Shown here: in pieces, positions 56,876-64,000 of the stretch | How positions within the stretch are numbered: the stretch's first letter is position 1 | Layout: every line of letters starts with the position of its first letter | Source: an uncultured Chloroflexia bacterium | GTDB taxonomy: Bacteria > Chloroflexota > Limnocylindria > Limnocylindrales > CSP1-4 | Reading direction: 5' to 3' | DNA length: 64,000 nt | NCBI GenBank assembly: GCA_963707215.1 | Contig: CAVPPB010000001.1 | Location: forward strand, 320,001-384,000 | Translations under genes and position numbers: made by a program | The notes under the pieces: model-generated | Seen by the model: only the letters and a program-made list of their open reading frames with translations | The model's database searches: none | What the model was told of the DNA's origin: nothing

Positions 56876-59800
56876 GTGCAGCGGACCCGAGACGGCGACC
56901 TGGTCGCCAGCGCAACCGACCTCGTCGGCTTCCTTGCCTGCGACCACCTCACTACGCTCGAGCTGGGCGCCGCGGCCGGTCTCTGGGCACGTCCCCACCA
57001 GCGCGAGGATCCCGAGGTCCGGCTGCTCCAGGAGCGTGGCGAGGCCCACGAGCAGGCCTACCTGGAGCGCTTGCGGGCCGAGGACCGATCCGTCGTCGAG
57101 ATCGCCCGTCCCGAGCCCCGCACCCCGGACGGCTACCGCGCCGCCGAGGCGGCCACGCTCGAGGCGATGCGGGCCGGGGCCGGGGCCATCTACCAGGCGA
57201 CCCTCTTCGACGGCCGCTGGATCGGCTACGCGGACTTCCTCGTCCGCGTCGAGCGGCCCAGCCCGAGCCTGGGCGCCTGGAGCTACGAGGTCGCGGACAC
57301 CAAGCTGGCCCGATCGGTCAAGGCGGCCGCCATCCTCCAGGTCTGCAGCTACTCGGCCAGGCTCGCTGAGCTCCAGGGCCTCATCCCGGGCAGCGTCCAC
57401 GTCGTCACCGGTGAAGGGGCGTCGCACGCGCTCGCGCTGGACGATTTCGACGCCTACTTCCGGATGGTCCGGTCCCGCTTCGAGGCGGTCGTCTTCGGGG
57501 ACGGGGCAGAGTGGACGGCGAGCATCGCCGGCGGGTCGGCACCAGGAGGTCGACCGATCGCGCCCCGCGATCCCGTCACGGCCACCTCCTACCCGGACCC
57601 GGTCGACCATTGCCGGGTCTGTGCCTGGTTCCCGGTCTGCGTCGACCGGCGCCGGGCCGACGACCACCTGTCCCTGGTCGCCGGGATGACCCGGGCGGGG
57701 ACCGGAGCGCTCATGGCAGCGGACGTCCAGACCCTCGCCGACCTCGGTCGGCTGGACCCGAAGCGGACCGTGCCGGAAGTCGCCACGAGGACCCTCGAGC
57801 GACTCCGCGGGCAGGCACGGATCCAGCTCGAGGGTCGCGAGGCCGGGCGCTCCGAGCTCGACCCGCTCTGGGAGCGGATCCCACCCCGTCCCGACGAGCA
57901 GGGGCGCGGGCTGGCCCGGCTGCCTGAGCCGTCCCCGCTCGACGTGTTCTTCGACATCGAGGCGGACCCCTGGCTCGACGATGGTGGCCGCGAATACCTG
58001 CTTGGGGCGCTCTCGGTCGGCGAGGACGGCGCGCCCTGGTACCGGGCCCTGTGGGCCCACTCCCCGGCCCAGGAGCGGGCAGCGTTCGAGGCGTTCATCG
58101 ACGACGTCATGGACCGCCTCGAACACGACCCCAGGATGCACGTCTACCACTACGGCGGCTACGAGTCGGGGGCCATCAAGCGGCTGATGCAGCGCCACGC
58201 GACCCGGGAGGACGAGGTCGACCGACTGCTCCGCGGCGGCATCCTCATCGACCTCTACGGGGTCGTCCGTCAGGGCATCCGCGCCTCGGTCGAGTCGTAC
58301 TCGCTCAAGCAGGTCGAGCACCTCTTCGGCTTCGACCGAGAGGGCCGGGTGACCCGGGCCGGCTTCAGCGTCGTCGAGTACGAGGACTGGCTCCACGACG
58401 GCAGGCAGGTCCACCTCGACGACCTCGCCGCCTACAATCGCGACGACTGCCTGGCCACCCTCGGCCTGCGGGAGTGGCTCGAGGCGCGTCGCACCGAGGC
58501 GGTCGAAGAAGGTCTGGACCTGGCACGGCCCGAGAGCCTGGACCCTTCCCCGACAGAGGCCCAGGCGGCTCGCGATCAGGAGACACAGGCACGGGCCGAG
58601 GCCCTGCGTGCCGGTGTCCCGGAGGACCCGGCAGCGCGGACCCCTGACGAGGCGGCGCGATGGCTCCTCGCGGCCCTCCTCGACTACCACCGCCGCGAGG
58701 CCAAGCCCGAGTGGTGGCGCTGGTTCGAGCTCAAGGACCACCTGAGCGTCGAGGAGCTCGTCGTGGCCTCCGACGCGATCGGCGATCTGACCTGGATCGG
58801 CGACATCGGCCCGGAGAAGCGGAGCGTGCTCCAGCGGTTCGCGTTCCCTCCGCAGGACCATCGCTTCAAGGCAGGTGACGGCGCGGTCGACCCGCAGACG
58901 GGCTCGACCACGACGATCCACGAGATCGACGACGCGGGCGGCCAGCTCGTCCTCCGGCGTGGCCCGTCGGTCGCCGCCGACCACCCGACGGCCCTCATCC
59001 CGCCGAGCCCGATCCCGACCGAGGTCCAGCGACAGGCGCTCCTTCGGCTCGCCGACGACATCCTCGAGCGGGGCCTCGAGGCCGACGGGCGCTACCGGGC
59101 GGCGCGTGACCTGCTCCTCCGGATGCCGCCCCGGGTGGGGCGTCAATCGCTCCGGATCGACGGCGAGACGGCGGTCCAGGCTGGCCGTCGGCTCGTCCGG
59201 GCCCTCGATCGGTCGGCCCTGGCGGTCCAGGGCCCGCCTGGGACCGGCAAGACCTACACGGGAGCCCGGATGGTCCTCGAGGCGCTCGATGCCGGACTCG
59301 GCCCGGTCGGGGTCACCAGCCAGTCGCATCGGGCGATCGGCAACTTTCTGGAGAAGCTCGCGGAGGCCGCTCGCGAGGAGGGTCGATCGCTTCGGATCGT
59401 CCAGAAGGCCGGCGAGGACGACGCGGCCCACCACGTTGCCGGGGTCGAGGTGGTCGGGGGCAACGCCGACGTCGACGCGCGCCTGGCGGCCGGGACCGTT
59501 GACGTGGTGGCTGGCACGTCCTGGCTGCTCGCCCGTCCGGAGCTCGACGGCCGACTGGGGTTGCTCGTCGTCGACGAGGCCGGGCAGCTCGCCCTGGCCA
59601 CCGTCCTGGCGATGAGCGGAGCCGCCGCCTGCATCCTCCTGCTCGGCGATCCGAACCAGCTCGCCCAGGTCACCCAGGGGCTCCACCCCGACGGGGCCGC
59701 GGCATCAGCGCTGGGCCACGTCCTCGGCGGCGCCACGACCCTGCCCTCGGATCTCGGCCTGTTCCTCGACACGACCTGGCGACTCCATCCAGAGGTCAAC

Positions 59801-60406
59801 GCGTTCACCTCCCCGACCTTCTACGACGACCGTCTGGAGACGCACCCATCGAATGGGCTCCAGCGGGTCATCGCGCCGGCGCCTGCCGGCGGGGTCGGCA
59901 TCCGCTGGTGGCCGGTGCCCCACCTACGCAACGAGCAGCGCTCGCGAGAGGAGGCCGAGGTCGTCGCCGACCTGATCCTCGCGCTGATGGACGAGACCTG
60001 GGTCGACGCGAAGGGCCGCGAGCGGCCGATCGCCCTTGGGGATCTCCTCGTCGTGGCCCCGTATAACGCCCAGGTGGCGGCAGTCCAGCAGGCCATCGAA
60101 GATCGGCTCGGAGCGGTCCGCCGCGATCGGGTCGGCACGGTCGACAAGTTCCAGGGTCGCGAAGGGGCGGTGGCGGTCTACACGATGGCAGCGTCGTCGG
60201 CGGAGGACGCGCCCCGGGGGATGGACTTCCTGTACGACGTGCATCGGCTCAACGTCGCCACCTCGCGGGCCCGGGCGCTCGCGATCGTCGTCGCCAGCCC
60301 GACCCTGCTCGACGTGCGGGCACGGACACCCGACCAGATGCGGCTGGCCAACGCGTTCTGCCGCTTCGTCGAGCTGGCCGAGGCGCAGCGGAGCCAGGGC
60401 CGCTGA
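56876..60406 (+). CDS. TM0106-family RecB-like nuclease fused to an RNase H-like domain and an SF1 (Upf1/DNA2-like) helicase
   Basis: SATDL..FLAC, GYADFL, EVADTKLAR, HCRVCAWFPVC, FFDIEAD, YNRDDC, QGPPGTGKT, VDEAGQ, GDPNQL, APYNAQ, TVDKFQGRE, RLNVATSRA. Confidence 0.93.
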   Translation: MQRTRDGDLVASATDLVGFLACDHLTTLELGAAAGLWARPHQREDPEVRLLQERGEAHEQAYLERLRAEDRSVVEIARPEPRTPDGYRAAEAATLEAMRAGAGAIYQATLFDGRWIGYADFLVRVERPSPSLGAWSYEVADTKLARSVKAAAILQVCSYSARLAELQGLIPGSVHVVTGEGASHALALDDFDAYFRMVRSRFEAVVFGDGAEWTASIAGGSAPGGRPIAPRDPVTATSYPDPVDHCRVCAWFPVCVDRRRADDHLSLVAGMTRAGTGALMAADVQTLADLGRLDPKRTVPEVATRTLERLRGQARIQLEGREAGRSELDPLWERIPPRPDEQGRGLARLPEPSPLDVFFDIEADPWLDDGGREYLLGALSVGEDGAPWYRALWAHSPAQERAAFEAFIDDVMDRLEHDPRMHVYHYGGYESGAIKRLMQRHATREDEVDRLLRGGILIDLYGVVRQGIRASVESYSLKQVEHLFGFDREGRVTRAGFSVVEYEDWLHDGRQVHLDDLAAYNRDDCLATLGLREWLEARRTEAVEEGLDLARPESLDPSPTEAQAARDQETQARAEALRAGVPEDPAARTPDEAARWLLAALLDYHRREAKPEWWRWFELKDHLSVEELVVASDAIGDLTWIGDIGPEKRSVLQRFAFPPQDHRFKAGDGAVDPQTGSTTTIHEIDDAGGQLVLRRGPSVAADHPTALIPPSPIPTEVQRQALLRLADDILERGLEADGRYRAARDLLLRMPPRVGRQSLRIDGETAVQAGRRLVRALDRSALAVQGPPGTGKTYTGARMVLEALDAGLGPVGVTSQSHRAIGNFLEKLAEAAREEGRSLRIVQKAGEDDAAHHVAGVEVVGGNADVDARLAAGTVDVVAGTSWLLARPELDGRLGLLVVDEAGQLALATVLAMSGAAACILLLGDPNQLAQVTQGLHPDGAAASALGHVLGGATTLPSDLGLFLDTTWRLHPEVNAFTSPTFYDDRLETHPSNGLQRVIAPAPAGGVGIRWWPVPHLRNEQRSREEAEVVADLILALMDETWVDAKGRERPIALGDLLVVAPYNAQVAAVQQAIEDRLGAVRRDRVGTVDKFQGREGAVAVYTMAASSAEDAPRGMDFLYDVHRLNVATSRARALAIVVASPTLLDVRARTPDQMRLANAFCRFVELAEAQRSQGR

Positions 60407-60416
60407 GAGAGGTCCT

Positions 60417-60632
60417 CTAGGGGACCCGGCGCAGGACGAGCAGGCCGGCGAGGACCAGCACCGCGGCCCCGGCCGCAAGGACGACCGGCGGCAGGCCGGA
60501 GACGACCTGGGCGGTGTCGTTCACGAAGCCGGACGCCATCGCGAAGAAGTTGCCACCGGCATCGATCCCCCCGCCGCCTCCGCCGCCGGCGACTTCGGAC
60601 CCGGTCGAGACCCCATGGCCGTACTCGAGCAT
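60417..60632 (-). CDS. 71-aa protein with a Gly-rich linker and C-terminal TM anchor
   Basis: TAGCAT-N6-ATG leaderless start; MLEYGHGV...GGGGGGG...LPPVVLAAGAAVLVLAGLLVLRR. Confidence 0.6.
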   Translation of the reverse strand: MLEYGHGVSTGSEVAGGGGGGGIDAGGNFFAMASGFVNDTAQVVSGLPPVVLAAGAAVLVLAGLLVLRRVP

Positions 60633-60714
60633 GGCCGCATGCTACGCCTGCCCTGCAAGGACCGTGGCGGCCAGGTCGACGGTCGACCCGTCGCCGCCCG
60701 TATCATCGGCGCCC

Positions 60715-61968
60715 ATGACGCACCTCCCGACCGATCCGGCCGTCCTCGAGCGGCTGCGCCGCCGCTCCACGCTGACCCTGGTGGCGGGTGTCGCGCTCGG
60801 CAGCACCGGTCACATCGCAGCGGTCACGGTCGCGACGATCGCGGCCGAGGAGCTGGCCGGCTCCTCCGCCTGGGCGGGAGTACCGGGGGCGGCGGTCGTC
60901 CTGGGGGCCGCCGGTGGGTCGCTCCTCCTGTCGGCGATCATGGTCCGGTCCGGGCGCCGAGCCGGCCTCGCGACCGGGTACACCCTCGGTGTCATCGGGG
61001 CACTGCTGGCAGTGCTCGCCCTGGTGGTCGCGTCGTTCCCCCTCCTGCTCGCCGGGACCGTCCTCATCGGGGTCGCCAACAGCTCCAATCAGCTCTCCCG
61101 CTACGCCGCGGCGGACCTGGTCCCGGCCAGGCGTCGAGCATCCGCGCTGGGGACGGTCGTCTGGGCGGCGACCGTGGGCGCGGTCGTCGGACCGAACCTC
61201 GTCGCCGTGGCTGGAACGGCTGCGGAGTCGATCGGCCTCCCCAGCCTGGCGGGTGCCTACCTCCTGCCGGCCGGGTTCGTGGCCATCGCGGCGGCCCTGA
61301 CGTTCACGTTCCTCCGCCCCGATCCGTACCTCCTGGCCGACCCGTCCGCTCGCCACCTCGAGACCGACGGCGCAGGTCACCCGGTCCGGACGCTGCTCCG
61401 TCGTCCGACGGTGACGATCGCGCTCGTCGCCCTGGTCGTCAACCAGGCGGTCATGGTGCTGGTCATGACGATGACCCCGCTCCACATGACCTCGCACGGG
61501 CACGAGCTGGCCGCGGTCGGGCTCGTCATCAGCGCCCACACCTTCGGGATGTTCGCCCTCTCGCCGATCTCCGGGCGCCTCGCCGACCGCTACGGGCCCG
61601 CCCCGATCGTCGCCGCCGGCCTCGTCGTGTCGGGAGCAGCCGCGGCGCTCTCGGCCACCGCTCCGCCCGACGGAGGCCTCCTGCTGGGCTTCGCGCTCTT
61701 CCTCCTCGGCTTCGGCTGGAACCTCGGCTACGTGGCCGGGAGCTCGATCCTGACCGGCGGCCTCGCGGTCCGCGAGCGGACCCGTCTCCAGGGAGCAGCG
61801 GACGCGCTGATCTGGAGCTCGTCGGCGCTCGCCAGCCTCGCCTCGGGGGTCATCGTTGCTGCGGCCAGCTTCACGGCCCTCGGGCTGCTCGGGGCGGCGG
61901 CCATCGTGCTGCCGACATGGCTCGTCATCAGTCGTCGGCATCGGCTCGATCCGGCCGAGCGGGCCTGA
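60715..61968 (+). CDS. MFS transporter
   Basis: About 12 TM; RSGRRAGL, RYAAADL, MTMTPLHM, HTFGMF, GRLADRYG. Confidence 0.9.
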   Translation: MTHLPTDPAVLERLRRRSTLTLVAGVALGSTGHIAAVTVATIAAEELAGSSAWAGVPGAAVVLGAAGGSLLLSAIMVRSGRRAGLATGYTLGVIGALLAVLALVVASFPLLLAGTVLIGVANSSNQLSRYAAADLVPARRRASALGTVVWAATVGAVVGPNLVAVAGTAAESIGLPSLAGAYLLPAGFVAIAAALTFTFLRPDPYLLADPSARHLETDGAGHPVRTLLRRPTVTIALVALVVNQAVMVLVMTMTPLHMTSHGHELAAVGLVISAHTFGMFALSPISGRLADRYGPAPIVAAGLVVSGAAAALSATAPPDGGLLLGFALFLLGFGWNLGYVAGSSILTGGLAVRERTRLQGAADALIWSSSALASLASGVIVAAASFTALGLLGAAAIVLPTWLVISRRHRLDPAERA

Positions 61969-61988
61969 TCCCCGAACCGCGGGGCGGC

Positions 61989-62234
61989 TCAGCCCGACCG
62001 CGATGTCAGCGCGCCGCGCGCGAGGTCGATCCCGGTGGCTCGAGGGTTCCACTTGAGACAGCGGTCGCCGATCCGGAACGTCAGTCCACCGAGGTCGTTC
62101 CGCCAGACCAGCTCCGGCTCGCCGCCACCGGCGAGGGCACGGACGACCGGCGGCACCTCCATCCCGCGGAGCGTGTGCTGGCGGGCCAGGTCGCCGAACC
62201 TGGGGTCGGCCATCGGCGGCTCCGCCGACGTCAT
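61989..62234 (-). pseudogene. Truncated aminoglycoside-phosphotransferase (APH)-like N-terminal fragment
   Basis: VWRNDLGGLTFRIGDRCLKW...GIDLA resembles the N-lobe of actinobacterial APH-like kinases, but the ORF stops after 81 aa with no HGD motif. Confidence 0.6.
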
Positions 62235-63503
62235 GCTGGCCGGAGCTCACCCTCGACCCAGGCCGCCAGGGCCCGAGCGCAGGCGGCGACCTCGTCGAGC
62301 GTCACGTGCTCGTCGGCACTGTGGGCGACCCGGACGTCGCCCGGTCCGAACATGACCGTCGGGGTCCGCCCCTGGTGGACGAGCAGGCGCATGTCGGCCC
62401 CATACGGCGCCCCGGCACGGGCCGGCTCGCGACCCGTCGTCGCTCGGATGGCCGTCGCCAGGCCGGTCGCCAGCGGTCCGTCGGGGTCCACGCGGGCCGA
62501 GCCGAAGCGACCCCCGACGATCTCGACGCTCGCCGGGTTGTCGCGCAGGAAGGCGTCGGCGGCGCAGGCCGACTCGATGCAGGCGCGCAGCTCGGCGCCG
62601 GCCTCGACCGGGGTCTGACCGAGCCGGACCCCGTAGCGGCCCTCGACGACGACCCGGTCCAGGACGGTCGACGACCACTCGCCGCCGGCGACCTTGCCGA
62701 CGATCGTGGCGTACGGCAGCCCGAGGTCGGTCATCAGCGGATCGGTCTCGGCGGCGTTGCGGGCCGCCTCGTCGGCCTCGAGCGCCCGGACGAGCGTGAA
62801 CAGGCCATCGAGCGCGGAGACGCCCTCGCGGCGGACCGAGGCGTGGGCCGCCCGCCCTGGGATCTCGAGACGGAAGGTGATCGCGCCGGCGTGGGCGACG
62901 ATGAGCTCGAGGCGCGTCGGCTCGGTGATGACGGCCGCCTCGGCGACCGAGCCGTCCTCGCGGGCGAGCGCCCGGATCGCGGCCAGCATCCCGGCCCCGC
63001 CGTCCTCCTCGGCCGGCACGAGGGCGACGACCAGCTCACCGTCGAGGCGGTCCACGACCCCCGTCTCCCGCAGGGCGCGGACCGCGGCCAGGATCGAGAC
63101 CACCCCGCCCTTCATGTCGCAGGCCGCCACGACCGTAGAGCCGGCCGTCGCGGACCTCGCCGGCCCACGGGTCGGCCGTCCAGGCACCCTCGTCCCCGAC
63201 CGGGACGACGTCGAGGTGGCCGGCCAGCAGCAGGCGTCGACCGCCGGGCCGCCCGAGCCGTCCGAGCACCAGGGGCAACGTCGTCCGGGGCATCTCCATG
63301 CCCGGGAAGTCGGGGTCCGCCTCGATGACGCCCGGGTCCACGTCGAGCCGCTCGACGGCCGCGCCAGCGTCGGCCAGCAGCCGGGCCGCGAGGTCCGTGG
63401 CTGTGGTCTCCTCGCCGGTCACCGACGGCGTCCGAACGAGCTGGCGCAGCTCGGCCTCCAGGCGGGCGGGATCGAACGGGTCGGGCGCGTCCGCCTCAGC
63501 CAC
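62231..63503 (-). pseudogene. ArgE/DapE-family M20A deacylase split by a frameshift near 63125
   Basis: N-part GHLDVVP...GRLYGRG; C-part ACDMKGG, AEEDGG, ITEPT, GRAAHA, GADM, FGPG, AHSADE. Removing one extra G (GGC GGC CTG to GGC GCC TGC) restores the frame. Confidence 0.85.
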
Positions 63504-64000
63504 GGAGGATCGGCCGCGTCATGCAGGTCGGCCCGCCCGAGCCGTTGATGCCGACCTCGCTCGCCTGGTATGCGTGCACCTCGCAGCCCGCGGCGGCCAG
63601 GGCGGCCGCGGTCCCGGGGTTGCCCTCGGCCACGACGACGACCCCGGGACGGACCGCCAGGACGTTGCAGCCGAGGGTCGGGAACTCCTCGTCGGGGACC
63701 GCGACGGTCCGGATCCCGAGATCGCCGAGGAGCCGCCACAGCCCCACCGGCAGCAGCGGCAGGTAGACGACCGCCAGGTCGTCGGCGACCGGGCTGATGA
63801 CCGAGAGCAGGTGGATGAGCTCGGCCGGGCCGCGCCAGTAGGGCACGTCGAAGACCCGGGTCTCGCCGCCGACCAGCCCGGCCAGCTGGGTGGCCCCGGC
63901 CTCGTTCGTCCGCAGCGTCCGGCCGATGCAGAGCAGATCCGGCCGAAGCCAGAAGGTGTCGCCGCCCTCGATGGTCCCGGGCGCCTCGATGCGGCCGAGC
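63496..64000 (-). CDS. Amidinotransferase / DDAH / arginine-deiminase-family protein, N-terminus outside the window
   Basis: IEGGD, GRTLRTN, IHLLS, GCNVL and catalytic Cys in GSGGPTCMTRP. Confidence 0.88.
   Translation of the reverse strand, partial: LGRIEAPGTIEGGDTFWLRPDLLCIGRTLRTNEAGATQLAGLVGGETRVFDVPYWRGPAELIHLLSVISPVADDLAVVYLPLLPVGLWRLLGDLGIRTVAVPDEEFPTLGCNVLAVRPGVVVVAEGNPGTAAALAAAGCEVHAYQASEVGINGSGGPTCMTRPILRG

Noticed and set aside
56876-57700. Cas4-like cysteine pattern as a CRISPR component
   Set aside because: It is the N-terminal domain of a TM0106-family fusion; no array or cas1/cas2 nearby.
56696-59686. 996-aa minus-strand ORF, and similar long antisense ORFs such as 2600..4747, 8542..10788 and 60036..62618
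   Set aside because: They mirror well-supported genes on the other strand or frame, have no motifs, and show the Arg/Pro/Gly bias of GC-rich shadow frames.

Overview
64 kb of very GC-rich (roughly 70-75% by eye) bacterial chromosome with about 58 tightly packed genes. I found no rRNA, tRNA, CRISPR array, transposase, integrase or prophage. Gene content is Actinobacteria-like (Ddn-type F420 reductase, DUF3090/SCO1664 pair, TM0106 nuclease-helicase, DUF4397). The Flp pilin and a PPTD-type sorting tail make an uncultured high-GC Chloroflexota (Limnocylindria-like) plausible; this is inference only. Main blocks: a copper export unit (CopB-type ATPase, YHS/Cys protein, CsoR/RcnR operator); ABC and MFS transporters; two two-component systems; a low-oxygen block (VIT1, CBS-BON, cydAB, LonC, Zn-ADH); an ADAS-like FAD oxidoreductase with an FGGY kinase; and an amidinotransferase-ArgE operon. 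Three genes carry single-base frameshifts, probably assembly errors. The most notable unannotated signals are: (1) a NarL-type two-component system flanked on both sides by the same palindrome TGCGGG-N4-CCCGCA, placed upstream of an orphan Flp pilin and a 52-aa membrane peptide; (2) DosR/OsdR-like boxes 22-23 nt upstream of -10 hexamers at four promoters, including an ECF sigma factor; (3) two ~750-aa proteins that share a YvlD/holin-type membrane domain, one fused to a phosphoesterase and one to a UbiB/ABC1 kinase; (4) a candidate anti-Shine-Dalgarno sRNA; (5) widespread leaderless gene starts and two leaderless uORFs coupled to downstream genes. All family calls come from motif recognition, without database searches.
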